NCBI GenBank assembly: GCA_963815215.1
Contig: CAWFFU010000011.1
Coordinates: 288,001 to 352,000 of the forward strand
Direction of reading: 5' to 3'
Origin: an uncultured Trueperaceae bacterium
GTDB lineage: Bacteria > Deinococcota > Deinococci > Deinococcales > Trueperaceae
DNA length: 64,000 bases
Part shown: one piece after another, positions 35,211-46,875 of the stretch
Position numbering within the stretch: the stretch's first letter is position 1
Layout: each line of letters starts with the position of its first letter
The notes under the pieces: generated by a model
The model's input: the letters and a program-made list of their open reading frames with translations, nothing else
Told to the model about the DNA's origin: nothing
Database searches by the model: none
Made by a program: the position numbers and the translations under genes

Positions 35211-36287
35211 ATGAACGGGCGCCTTCGCGTCGGTGTGCTGGGTGCGAGCGGCTACGGCGGCGCGGGCCTGATCGAGCGCCTCGGTCGCCACGCCGGCGTC
35301 GAGCTGACGGCCGTGGGGTCGCGTCAGTACCTGGGCGAGCCGATCGAGGCCTGCTGGCCCCAGTTCGCCGGGCTCCACCCCGGCCTGCGTTTCGAGAGCA
35401 ATGAGGCGGTGCTGGAGGCCTGTGAGGTGGTGTTCTGCGCTACCCCGCACGGCGCCACCGCGCCGCTGGTGAAGCAGGCGTTGGAGGCGAACGTGGCGGT
35501 CGTCGACCTGTCGGCCGATTTCCGCCTCGACCCGGAGACCTACACGCGCTGGTACGGCGTCGAGCACCCGCACCCCGAGCTGTACGCCCTGGCGCGCTAT
35601 GGCCTGGTCGAGCTCCACCGCGACGAGCTGGCGGGCGGGCGTCTCATCGCCAGCCCGGGCTGCAATGCCACCGCCGCCAGCCTGGCGCTGGCGCCGCTGG
35701 CGGCCGCCGGTCATCTCGGGCCGAGCGCCGTGTGCAACATCGTCACCGGCGTATCGGGAGCGGGCCGCGCGCCCAGCCAGGCGCTCCACTACACCGAGGT
35801 CAACGAGAGCGCCCGACCGTACAAGGTGGCCGGCAAGCACCGCCACACCGCCGAGATCGAAGCGACGGTGGGGCGCGCGCGGGCCGGCGGCAAGCGGCTC
35901 GCCACGCACGAGCCGTTCACCCCCTATACCGTGAGCTTCAACCCGCACCTGGTGCCGATGTCGCGGGGAATCCTGGCGACCTGCACCACGCAGCCCGCTG
36001 ATCCGCAGGAGCTGACGGACGAGCGCCTGCTCCAGGTCTTCCGCGACTACTACGCGGGGGACCCGCTGATCATCGTGCAGGACGATCTTCCGCAGACGAA
36101 GGCGGCTGCCGGGAGCGACCGGGCGGTGCTGAGCGTGCGCTACGATGCACGTGCGCGAACCGTGGTGGCGTTCTGTGCGATCGACAACCTCGGCAAGGGT
36201 GCGGCTGGCCAGGCCGTGCAGGCGTTCAACGTGGCCTTCGGCTTCGACGAGGCGCAAGGCCTCACGCGAGGGGGGATGTGGCCGTGA
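35211..36287 (+). CDS. argC: N-acetyl-gamma-glutamyl-phosphate reductase
   Basis: GASGYGG, DLSADFR, PGCNAT, GVSGAGR, HRH..EI, PHLVPM.RGI, IDNL.KGAAGQA; lies between argF and argJ. Confidence 0.92.
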   Translation: MNGRLRVGVLGASGYGGAGLIERLGRHAGVELTAVGSRQYLGEPIEACWPQFAGLHPGLRFESNEAVLEACEVVFCATPHGATAPLVKQALEANVAVVDLSADFRLDPETYTRWYGVEHPHPELYALARYGLVELHRDELAGGRLIASPGCNATAASLALAPLAAAGHLGPSAVCNIVTGVSGAGRAPSQALHYTEVNESARPYKVAGKHRHTAEIEATVGRARAGGKRLATHEPFTPYTVSFNPHLVPMSRGILATCTTQPADPQELTDERLLQVFRDYYAGDPLIIVQDDLPQTKAAAGSDRAVLSVRYDARARTVVAFCAIDNLGKGAAGQAVQAFNVAFGFDEAQGLTRGGMWP

Positions 36288-37432
36288 AGGTGCCGATGGG
36301 ATTCGAGATCGCCGGGGTGACGGCGGGCCTGAAGGCGTCGGGACGCCCCGACCTGGGCCTGGTGTACTCCCCGTACCCGCTGGCCTGGGCCCTGATGAGC
36401 ACCGACAACGTGGTCAAGGCGCCGTGCGTGTCACGCAACCGCTCCCGCTTCACCAGCGGCGCCGCCGTCCGCGGCATCGTCGTGAACAGCGGCAACGCGA
36501 ACTGCGCCACCGGCGAGCGCGCCATCTGGGACAACGAGGACATGGCCGGCGCGGTCGCCTCGGCGCTGGCGCTGGCGCGCGTGCAGGACATGCTCACAGC
36601 CAGCACCGGCGTCATCGGGCAGACGCTGCCGGTCGACAGGATCCGGCAGGCCATCCCGGGGCTGACGTCCGCCCTGGGCGAGGACTCGGGCACCTTCGCC
36701 GACGCCATCCTCACCACCGACACCACCCCCAAGCAGGTCGGCGCCACCCTGCGCGGCGGCAGTCGCATCGTGGGCATCGCCAAGGGCTCGGGCATGATCC
36801 ACCCCTCCATGGCCACCCTGCTCGCGTTCGTTCTCACCGACGCCGACATCAGCCAGGACGACCTCCGCGCCGTGTGGCCCGGCATCGTCGAGCGAACCTT
36901 GAACCAGGTGACGATCGACGGCGACACCTCCACCAACGACATGGCGGTGGCGCTCTCGTCGCGCCAGATCGGCGCCGACAAGCACGAGTTCGTCGAGGCC
37001 CTCGAAGAGGTCGTCGTCAAGCTGGCGCGCAAGGTCGCGCGCGACGGCGAGGGCGCGACACGGCTGCTAACGGTGCGGGTCACCGGCGCCCGCACTGGCG
37101 CCGAGGCCCGCGCCGCCGCGCGAACGGTCGTGGGCAGCACGCTGGTCAAGGCCGCCGTCCACGGCGCCGACCCCAACTGGGGCCGTATCCTCGCCGCGGT
37201 CGGGCGTTCCGGCGCCGTCTCCGACCTGGCCAACCTCCGCATCGGCCTGCAGGGAGTCGTGGTCTACCACGGAGGCCTGCTGGCCTTCGATGCGGCCGCC
37301 GTGTCGGAGAAGATGGCCGCCGAGGAGGTCATCATCGAGATCGATCTCGCCGCAGGCGAGGCCGTCGGCGAGGCCTGGGGTTGCGACCTCAGCGCCGAGT
37401 ACGTGCACATCAACGCCGACTACACCACCTAG
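36284..37432 (+). CDS. argJ: Ornithine acetyltransferase/N-acetylglutamate synthase
   Basis: NSGNANCATG, STGVIG, KGSGMIHPSMAT, DGDTSTND, DGEGAT, DPNWGR, YV.INADYTT. Confidence 0.95.
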   Translation: MKVPMGFEIAGVTAGLKASGRPDLGLVYSPYPLAWALMSTDNVVKAPCVSRNRSRFTSGAAVRGIVVNSGNANCATGERAIWDNEDMAGAVASALALARVQDMLTASTGVIGQTLPVDRIRQAIPGLTSALGEDSGTFADAILTTDTTPKQVGATLRGGSRIVGIAKGSGMIHPSMATLLAFVLTDADISQDDLRAVWPGIVERTLNQVTIDGDTSTNDMAVALSSRQIGADKHEFVEALEEVVVKLARKVARDGEGATRLLTVRVTGARTGAEARAAARTVVGSTLVKAAVHGADPNWGRILAAVGRSGAVSDLANLRIGLQGVVVYHGGLLAFDAAAVSEKMAAEEVIIEIDLAAGEAVGEAWGCDLSAEYVHINADYTT

Positions 37433-37439
37433 CCAACGG

Positions 37440-37480
37440 GAGCGTGGGGGGCGACGGCTGCACCGTCGCCCCCCACGCTC
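37440..37480. terminator. Perfect 18-bp hairpin between convergent argJ and lpdA
   Basis: GAGCGTGGGGGGCGACGG-CTGCA-CCGTCGCCCCCCACGCTC. Confidence 0.7.
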
Positions 37481-37491
37481 ATGCCGGTCCC

Positions 37492-38883
37492 TCAGCGCCG
37501 CCGGTTGGCGATGTGGATGGCCTGCCCGTGCGCATGCTCCGCGGCCTCCATGACCGCCTCGGCAAGGGTCGGGTGGGCGTGCTGGGTCAGCGCGATATCC
37601 TCCAGCGTGGCCCCCATCTCGATCGCGAGGGCGGCCTCGGAGACGATGTCTCCCGCTCCCGGTCCGACCATGTGGAAGCCCAGCAGCAGGTCGGTCTTCT
37701 CATCCCCCACCAGCTTCACCATGCCTCCCTCGACGCCCAGCGTGGTGGCCCGGCCCGAGGCGGACAGCGGGAACCGGCCGATGCGCACGGCGTAGCCGGC
37801 ATCCCGGGCCTCCTGCTCGGTCATGCCCACGCTGGCGTGCTCGGGGCTGGTGTAGATCACGGCGGGAACCACGGTGTCGTAGCCGCTGGGCTTGCCGCCG
37901 GCATGCTCGGCGGCGGCGAGCCCCTCCTTCATGGCCTTGTGGGCGAGCAGCGGGGCGCGGGCAACGTCACCGATGGCGTAGATGTGATCGACGGTGGTCT
38001 GCATGTGGTCGTTGACGACCTTGACGAAGCCGCGATCGTCGACTTCGACGCCGAGCGCCTCGAGCCCCAGCCCCTTGCCGTTGGGAGCGCGCCCGACGGC
38101 CACCAGGATCTTGTCCACGACGAGCGTGTCGCGCGACCCGTCGGCACCCTCCAGCACCACTTCGGTGCCCTTGGAGGTCTTCTTCTGGCTCACCGCCTTG
38201 GTGGAGGTGCGGATGTGGATGCCCTTCTTCTCCAGGGCCTTGTGCAGCTCTTTCGAGGCGTCGGCGTCGCCCAGCGGGACGATGCGGTCCATCATCTCCA
38301 CCACCGTGACCTCGGAGCCGAGCGCGCTGTAGACGTCGCTGAACTCCAGCCCGATGGCGCTGCCGCCGATGGCGAGGAAGCGCTTGGGCACCTCGCTGAC
38401 GCGGAGCGCGCCGGTGGAGTCGAGGATGCGCTCGCCGTCGAACTCGAAGCCCGGGATCTGGATGGGACGCGAGCCGGTCGCCACGATGAAGCGGTCGGCG
38501 GTGACCTGCTTGTCGCCGACCGTCAAGGTGTGCGCGTCGACGAACGAGCCCTCTCCCTCGAGCAGCGTGACCTTGTTGCCCTTGAATAGCATCCGCACGC
38601 CGCCGGTCATCTTCTGGACGACGCTGTCCTTCCATCCGTTCATGCGCTCCAGGTCGACCGCGGGCTCGCCGAAGCTCACGCCGAAATCCGCGGCGTGCTT
38701 CGCGCCCCGCAGCTCGCCGGCCACGTGCAGGAGCGCCTTGGTGGGGATGCAGCCGGTGTTGAGGCACACCCCTCCGACGGCCGCCTTCTCGACGCACGCC
38801 GTCTTCAGGCCCAGCTGCGCGGCGCGCAGGGCGGCGTGGTACCCCCCTGGGCCGGAGCCGATCACGATCAGGTCAAAGTCCAT
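37492..38883 (-). CDS. lpdA: Dihydrolipoamide dehydrogenase
   Basis: [33 protein letters not shown]. Confidence 0.96.
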   Translation of the reverse strand: MDFDLIVIGSGPGGYHAALRAAQLGLKTACVEKAAVGGVCLNTGCIPTKALLHVAGELRGAKHAADFGVSFGEPAVDLERMNGWKDSVVQKMTGGVRMLFKGNKVTLLEGEGSFVDAHTLTVGDKQVTADRFIVATGSRPIQIPGFEFDGERILDSTGALRVSEVPKRFLAIGGSAIGLEFSDVYSALGSEVTVVEMMDRIVPLGDADASKELHKALEKKGIHIRTSTKAVSQKKTSKGTEVVLEGADGSRDTLVVDKILVAVGRAPNGKGLGLEALGVEVDDRGFVKVVNDHMQTTVDHIYAIGDVARAPLLAHKAMKEGLAAAEHAGGKPSGYDTVVPAVIYTSPEHASVGMTEQEARDAGYAVRIGRFPLSASGRATTLGVEGGMVKLVGDEKTDLLLGFHMVGPGAGDIVSEAALAIEMGATLEDIALTQHAHPTLAEAVMEAAEHAHGQAIHIANRRR

Positions 38884-39118
38884 GGAAGCCTCCAAGGGTC
38901 GAGAGCTGCGGCGCCCTTCGGGCGAACGTCCGCCGGATCGACCGAGCGCCTGCGGTGGGCCCGCGTCCGGCTGTGCGCCGCACGGCGAGCCAGCGCGCGG
39001 CCCGGTTGCCCATCCAGTCTACCCTTCGGAGCGCGCGGGCCGGATGCTCCACGATCGCGGGCGGGTGCGCCCGCGATCGGCACCGCCGACCGGCGCGTGC
39101 CGGCAACCCGGACACGCG

Positions 39119-39147
39119 TTGACAGGCCCAGGGGGACGGACTATCCT
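39119..39147 (+). promoter_or_regulatory. Sigma-70-type promoter
   Basis: TTGACA-17 nt-TATCCT. Confidence 0.75.
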
Positions 39148-39248
39148 GCCTGCATGGCAAGTTGCCGTCACGCCCACGTTCGCCGCGCCGAGCGGCTAGC
39201 TCATGGGAGGCCGATGCGCTGAACCACCGGATCAGGTGGGTTCGTCGC

Positions 39249-39279
39249 CGGCCCCGACATCGGTTCGGGGCCGTTTCTT
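39249..39279 (+). terminator. Intrinsic terminator upstream of leuS
   Basis: CGGCCCCGA-CATCGGT-TCGGGGCCG followed by TTTCTT. Confidence 0.75.
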
Positions 39280-39343
39280 GTGGCGCGACGCACGTGCCGG
39301 GCGTCCCAGAACGTTCCCGCGCGCTTCGTAGACTGGAGAGGCT

Positions 39344-41857
<2,514 letters not shown>

Positions 41858-41873
41858 GGCGCGCGCGGCGACG

Positions 41874-42701
41874 CTACTGAGGCGCCAGCAGCACGACCTC
41901 GCTGAGCGTGGACAGGTCTACCGCCGGTTGCACGATGAAGCTGCGTCTCAGCTCGTTGGGATTGGGCGGTAGTACCTGCTCCACGGTACCGACCAGCACG
42001 CCGTTCGGGAACAGGCCGCCGTAGCTGGACGTCTCCACCTTGTCTCCGACCTCCACCGGCTTCTCGGCGATGAAGTCGGTGACGCGGATGCGGCCGCCGA
42101 CCTCGCCGACGGCGATGCCCTGCCCGCCGCGGCCCCGCACCGTCACGCCGACGCGTGATTGTGGGTCGAGAACGGTGCGCACCACCGCGTTGTGCGGCGA
42201 CACGTTCGTGATGATCCCCACCAGCCCCTCCGGCACCGTCACCGGCATGTTCAGGAGCACGCCATCCTGCATGCCCTTGCTGAGATCGAGGCGGGCGAAG
42301 GCCGGCCCGCTGCTACCTCCGATGACCGAGGCGGTGGTGACGACCCCGGGGGACTGCTCCTGCCGCACCGCCAGCACCTCGCGCAGGCGCTGCAGCTGGA
42401 GCTCCAGGTCGCGGTTGCCCTGCTGCAGCGCCGCCACCGTCTGGTGAAGGGCGGACACCTCGTGGCGCAGGTCGCTGCGGTCCGCGAGGCTGCGCATGGT
42501 CGCTCGCACGTTCATGCCCGAGCGATACAGCAAGTTGTGCGGCAGCGCGACGGAAGCGGAGACGTCGGCCGGAACCCGGCCCACGAAGGCCGTGATGACG
42601 AACGTCAGGAGCCCCAGCGCGAGGAGCACGTACCAGGCGCGAAGCAGACTAGACAAGGCGGACCCCCAGACGCGCGGCGGCCTCGACCACCGTTGCGACA
42701 C
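41874..42701 (-). CDS. mreC: Rod shape-determining protein MreC
   Basis: TM, coiled coil, KG..DGV..NMPV...GLVG, GD.V.TS..GGLFP.G..VG.V, PAVDL..L.EV. Confidence 0.9.
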   Translation of the reverse strand: MSQRWSRPPRVWGSALSSLLRAWYVLLALGLLTFVITAFVGRVPADVSASVALPHNLLYRSGMNVRATMRSLADRSDLRHEVSALHQTVAALQQGNRDLELQLQRLREVLAVRQEQSPGVVTTASVIGGSSGPAFARLDLSKGMQDGVLLNMPVTVPEGLVGIITNVSPHNAVVRTVLDPQSRVGVTVRGRGGQGIAVGEVGGRIRVTDFIAEKPVEVGDKVETSSYGGLFPNGVLVGTVEQVLPPNPNELRRSFIVQPAVDLSTLSEVVLLAPQ

Positions 42702-43224
42702 TCAAGCCCACCACGTTGAAGTAGCACCCATCGACGCGCTCGACCAGCGCGGAGCCGCGCCCCTGGATGGCGTATCCGCCGGCCTTGTCGAGCCCCTCTC
42801 CGCTGGCGACGTAGCGGCCGACCTCCCCCGGGTCCAGCGCCCGCATGCGAACCTCGGTATCGACGACGACGGTCTCGCGCTGTCCGTCCCGGACCAGGGT
42901 GTGGCCCGTGAGCACGTGGTGGGCCCGCCCGGAGAGCCGGCTCAGGAACGCCCGGTTCTCGGCCAGATCGGCCGGCTTTCCCAGCACGACACCGTCGAGC
43001 ACGACCACGGTGTCGGCCGCCACCACCAGGGCCCCGTCATCACCGCGCAGCGTGAGGGCGGTCGCGGCCTTGCTCTGGCTGAGCCGCCGCACCAGAGGCT
43101 CGGCGGCCTCGCCGTCGAACGGCGACTCGTCGATGTCGACAGGGAGCACTTCGAACCGCAACCCAAGGGCGCGCAGCAGATCCTCGCGGCGCGGTGAGCC
43201 GCTGGCGAGCACGATCGTCGTCAC
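42649..43224 (-). CDS. maf: Maf nucleoside triphosphate pyrophosphatase
   Basis: IVLASGSPRR, AADTVV, LGKP, DKAGGYAIQG, GCYFNVVGL. Confidence 0.95.
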   Translation of the reverse strand: MTTIVLASGSPRREDLLRALGLRFEVLPVDIDESPFDGEAAEPLVRRLSQSKAATALTLRGDDGALVVAADTVVVLDGVVLGKPADLAENRAFLSRLSGRAHHVLTGHTLVRDGQRETVVVDTEVRMRALDPGEVGRYVASGEGLDKAGGYAIQGRGSALVERVDGCYFNVVGLSVATVVEAAARLGVRLV

Positions 43225-43328
43225 GCCACCAGTGTACCTGGAGGTGACCGCCCGTCCCCACCCCGACCGGACCGGCAGCGCCGCTACCGGACCCGTCGGG
43301 GACGGTAGACTACCGCGGGAGGCCGGAC

Positions 43329-44021
43329 ATGGACACCTTGGAACGGTGGAAGCGGGAGGCCGCGGAGCGGGCGCTCGCGCTGGTGGAGCCCGGCATGCTG
43401 GTGGGGCTGGGATCGGGCAGCACCGCGCGGCACTTCATCGCCGGTCTCGGCGACCGGCTGAGGTCTGGCGCGCTGGATCGCGTCCTGGCCGTGCCCTCGT
43501 CCCGTGACAGCGAGGAGCAGGCGGCCGCGCTCGGCATCCCGCTCACCGAGCTGCCGGCGACCGGGCTCGACCTGGCCGTGGACGGCATGGACGAGGTCAC
43601 CCCTGCCCTGGACGTCATCAAGGGCCTGGGTGGCGCGCTCACGCGGGAGAAGATCGTGGCCTCGAGCGCGCGCCGTTTCGTGTTGATCGGCGACGACCGC
43701 AAACGCGTGGCGCACCTGGGCGAACGTTCGCCGGTCCCCGTGGAGGTGGTGGCCTTCGGCCTGCGCCGCACCCGCGCGTTGCTGGAGGGGCTGGGCGCCC
43801 GAACCGCCGTGCGCGGCGGGGACGCCGCACCGTTCGTCACCGACAACGGCAACCGCATCTTCGACCTTTCGTTCCCCGCCGGCTTCACGCCGCAGGAGCT
43901 GGCGGCCGCCCTGGCGACGCTGCCCGGCGTGGTCGAGCACGGGCTGTTCCTGGGGATGGCCGAGCGAGCGTTCCTCGCCGGCGAGGACGGCGTCCGGGAG
44001 CTCACGCCGGAGCGCGCGTGA
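43329..44021 (+). CDS. rpiA: Ribose-5-phosphate isomerase A
   Basis: GLGSGSTA, AVDG.DEV, IKG.GGALTREKIV, TDNGN, PGVVEHGLF. Confidence 0.96.
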   Translation: MDTLERWKREAAERALALVEPGMLVGLGSGSTARHFIAGLGDRLRSGALDRVLAVPSSRDSEEQAAALGIPLTELPATGLDLAVDGMDEVTPALDVIKGLGGALTREKIVASSARRFVLIGDDRKRVAHLGERSPVPVEVVAFGLRRTRALLEGLGARTAVRGGDAAPFVTDNGNRIFDLSFPAGFTPQELAAALATLPGVVEHGLFLGMAERAFLAGEDGVRELTPERA

Positions 44022-44028
44022 GGGCGGC

Positions 44029-44409
44029 GTGATCGTCGCCGTCGGCATCGACATGGTCGAGCTCGACCGCATCCGAGCGGTGCTCGAGAGACACCCGGAG
44101 CGCTTCCTGGAGCGCCACTTCCATCCCGACGAGCGCGCCGAGTTGCGCGACCGCGCCGACCCCGTCCCGGGGCTGGCCGCCCGCTTCGCGGCCAAGGAGG
44201 CCTTCCAGAAGTGCTGGGCCGAGACCATCGGCTGGCGAGACGTGTGGGTCGTGAAGCAGGGGAGGCGGCCCCAGCTGGCGTTCTCGCCGGATCTGGCCGC
44301 CGCCCTGCTGGCACAGCGCTTCGAGACCCATCTGTCACTGACCCACACGCGCGAGCACGCCGCGGCGCTGGTGGTGCTGGAGCGGCACGACGGGCCGCCT
44401 CCCCGCTAG
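44029..44409 (+). CDS. acpS: Holo-ACP synthase (4'-phosphopantetheinyl transferase)
   Basis: GIDMVE..RI, LAARFAAKEA..K, G.P, HLSLTH. Confidence 0.92.
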   Translation: MIVAVGIDMVELDRIRAVLERHPERFLERHFHPDERAELRDRADPVPGLAARFAAKEAFQKCWAETIGWRDVWVVKQGRRPQLAFSPDLAAALLAQRFETHLSLTHTREHAAALVVLERHDGPPPR

Positions 44410-45044
44410 GACCCCTCCGCCACCTCGGCCAGGCCCTCGTCATCGAGCAGCACGATGCTGCGGTAGCCGGTGCGGATGAGGCCCGCGGTGCGCAACTCGG
44501 TGATGATCTTCGAGACGCTCTCGCGGGTGCTGGCGGTCCCCTCCGCGACGAGTTCGTGCGTGGCGGCTACCACCAGATGCCCGTCGTCGTCGGCGCGGGC
44601 CAGCGGGGTCTGCGCCAGCGACAACAGGTAGCGGGCCACCCGGGCGCGCAGGTCGCCCGTCTGCAGGTGGTACTCGTAGTCCATCAAGCGACGCATCTGG
44701 TCGGACAGGGAACGCGTGATGTGCATCAGGTGCCCTGCCTCGATCCGCTCCGGGTCGATGGCGTCGATGCTCGCCAGGGTGAGCGTTTCGGCGATCTCAC
44801 CACGCTCGCCGGTCATCAGGGCGTCTTCGCCGAAGAAGTCGCCGGGCAGAACGTGTCGGACGGTCAGGGTCCTGCCCTCGGGAGTCGTTCGCGTGATGCG
44901 GATGAGGCCGTCGCGGACGCGGTAGACCGAGCGGGCCGGGTCACCGTCGAGGTAGAGCGTCTGGCGACGCCGGTAGTTGAGGGTCTGGCTGGGAGCGTCG
45001 AACGCTGTGCGCTCGAGGGTAGAGGCGTTCCGTCGAACGTGCAT
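44406..45044 (-). CDS. ldrP: CRP/FNR-family activator, LdrP-like
   Basis: RHVLPGDFFGE, E.HLQTG.LRAR.ARYLL.LA.TP, RESVSK HTH, as recalled from Thermus LdrP; immediately downstream of litR/carH. Confidence 0.75.
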   Translation of the reverse strand: MHVRRNASTLERTAFDAPSQTLNYRRRQTLYLDGDPARSVYRVRDGLIRITRTTPEGRTLTVRHVLPGDFFGEDALMTGERGEIAETLTLASIDAIDPERIEAGHLMHITRSLSDQMRRLMDYEYHLQTGDLRARVARYLLSLAQTPLARADDDGHLVVAATHELVAEGTASTRESVSKIITELRTAGLIRTGYRSIVLLDDEGLAEVAEGS

Positions 45045-45192
45045 GTGCACCTCCGTGGGCACTCTCCCGATCGACGGGAGGCTGGATGCGGTTGGCTGCG
45101 CCGCGCCTAGTGGGTCGGCAGGGGATGGGGGACGAGGGCCTCGGAGCCCCAGCGCTCGGCGCAGCGCACGTTCGGGCCCGGCCGTGGCCCGT

Positions 45193-46089
45193 TCATGCGC
45201 CGGCCGCCCGGCCGGGGCCCGAGATCTCGTGGAAACGCTTGACGGCCTCGCCGACGTCGTCGGCGAGGTACACGCCTCCCAGGCGCTCGGCGCGGGAGGG
45301 GTCGCGGTCGAAGGCGGCGCCGCCGTATACCACGACCGGCGCGAGCTGCTTGAGCACGTCGATCTCCCGCTCCAGCGCGTCGAGCGCCTCTGGCGCGGAG
45401 GCCGACAGCATGACGGCCGAGGCACCGAGCTGGTGCGCCATGGCGTTGAGGTCGGCCACCGGCGTGTCGGCGCCAACGTAGTACACGGCGTTCCCGGCGC
45501 GCCGGAGCAGCACCGCCAGCATGAGGGCGCCGAGCTCGTGATGGTCGCCGGGGGCGCAGGCCACGATGACCGCGGGACCGTGGACGTGGCTGGCCGCCAG
45601 GCTCATCAGGTGGCGCAGCCATCCCTGGACGAAGCTGGAGCTGAAGTGTTCGGTGGTGGTGTCGATCCGGCCGTCGTGCCACGCCTCACCGATGTCGACC
45701 ATGGCTCCCGCGATCACGTCGGGCACCACCGTCTCGACGGGGTGCAGGGCGTGCGCCTCGCCGAGCACCCGCTCGGCGCCGTCCTCGTCGAGGGCCAGGA
45801 AGGCGTCGACCAAGCGGCGGCGCAGCACGTCGGTGGGTAGCGGGGCGGGCTGCAGGGCGCCGGAACGATCCACCAGCTCGGCGGCGCGGGACGCCGGCAC
45901 GCCGTCGGCGATATGGCGCTTCATCGCCTCGATGGCGCGCAAGTCGTCGTCGGAGTACAGGCGATAGCCCGCCGACGAGCGCTCGGGGTGGGGAACGCCG
46001 TAGCGACGTTCCCACTGCCGCAGCGTGCCGGCGGCGACGGCCGTGCGTTCGACGACTTCGTTGACGGTGTACTTGCCGATGTGGGTCAT
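45193..46089 (-). CDS. carH: MerR-family B12-dependent photoreceptor repressor (CarH/LitR)
   Basis: LRQWERRYG..P.RS..GYRLYS HTH; W-x9-EH (WHDGRIDTTTEH); B12 motif PGDHHELG; Y.GADTP. Confidence 0.88.
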   Translation of the reverse strand: MTHIGKYTVNEVVERTAVAAGTLRQWERRYGVPHPERSSAGYRLYSDDDLRAIEAMKRHIADGVPASRAAELVDRSGALQPAPLPTDVLRRRLVDAFLALDEDGAERVLGEAHALHPVETVVPDVIAGAMVDIGEAWHDGRIDTTTEHFSSSFVQGWLRHLMSLAASHVHGPAVIVACAPGDHHELGALMLAVLLRRAGNAVYYVGADTPVADLNAMAHQLGASAVMLSASAPEALDALEREIDVLKQLAPVVVYGGAAFDRDPSRAERLGGVYLADDVGEAVKRFHEISGPGRAAGA

Positions 46090-46103
46090 AGGTGGGCTCC
46101 GAG

Positions 46104-46241
46104 GCGAGTGTACAACCATCGTCTAAGGTTAGTAGCATGGTAGTACACACCTTGAACGCTGTCAAGTGTCCTCGCCGGACACCGTCCCCTCCTCCCGCGT
46201 CCCATTCGTGTTATCCAGTCGTTCAAGGCTTGTACACTCGC
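46104..46241. promoter_or_regulatory. carH promoter and candidate CarH operator repeats
   Basis: Minus-strand TTGACA(46165-46160)-17-TACCAT(46142-46137); recurring GTACA/TTGAAC motifs at 46104-46115, 46143-46158 and 46220-46241. Confidence 0.6.
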
Positions 46242-46299
46242 TGCCATCGACCGACCGGCCCGGTGAATCGGCCACGCGCTCCGGGGTAGCATGCCTGCC

Positions 46300-46758
46300 A
46301 TGCCCGACCCGAAGAAACAGGTCACCGCCTACACCGATGGGTCTTGTGAGACCCGCAGCGGTGACGGCGGGTGGGCCTACCTCCTGCTGTACAACGGGGC
46401 CCGGAAGCGCGCCAGCGGCTTCGAAGCCGAGACCACCAACAACCGCATGGAGCTCACCGCCGCAGTGCGTGCGCTCGAGGCGTTGCACGAGCCCTGCCAG
46501 GTCACCCTCGTCACGGACAGTCAGTACCTCAAGAGGGCGTTCACCGACGGCTGGCTGTCGAGTTGGCAGCGGAACGGCTGGCGCACCGCCGGTCGCACCG
46601 CGGTCAAGAACCAGGATCTGTGGCAGGAGCTGCTGCGCCTCACCAGCCACCACGCGGTCGCTTGGTCGTGGACGCGTGGACACGCCGGACACAGCGAGAA
46701 CGAGGAGGTCGACGGCATGGCGCTGGCGGCACGCAAGCAACGTCGCGCCGTTCCCTGA
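46300..46758 (+). CDS. rnhA: Ribonuclease HI
   Basis: YTDGSC, TTNNRMEL, TDSQY, W..NGW, VKNQDLW, GHAGH.ENE.VD; -10 TAGCAT 7 nt before the ATG. Confidence 0.96.
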   Translation: MPDPKKQVTAYTDGSCETRSGDGGWAYLLLYNGARKRASGFEAETTNNRMELTAAVRALEALHEPCQVTLVTDSQYLKRAFTDGWLSSWQRNGWRTAGRTAVKNQDLWQELLRLTSHHAVAWSWTRGHAGHSENEEVDGMALAARKQRRAVP

Positions 46759-46875
46759 GCTCCCGGGCGACACCGAGAGAGCGCCTCGAGCCGCGATCGA
46801 CGTGCGCGCCACAGATGCGGTACCGCTGCCAACGCGAGGCCGCGCAGCACGCTTGTCAGTGAGCCTGCCGGAGCG

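Noticed and set aside
39190..39255. tRNA-like fragment (GAGCGGCTAGCTCA...GGGTTCG)
   Set aside because: No T stem, poor acceptor pairing and no CCA; likely coincidental
39154..39343. T-box riboswitch upstream of leuS
   Set aside because: No GGTGGNACC T-box bulge or AGAGA/specifier stem I; reported instead as an unexplained unit
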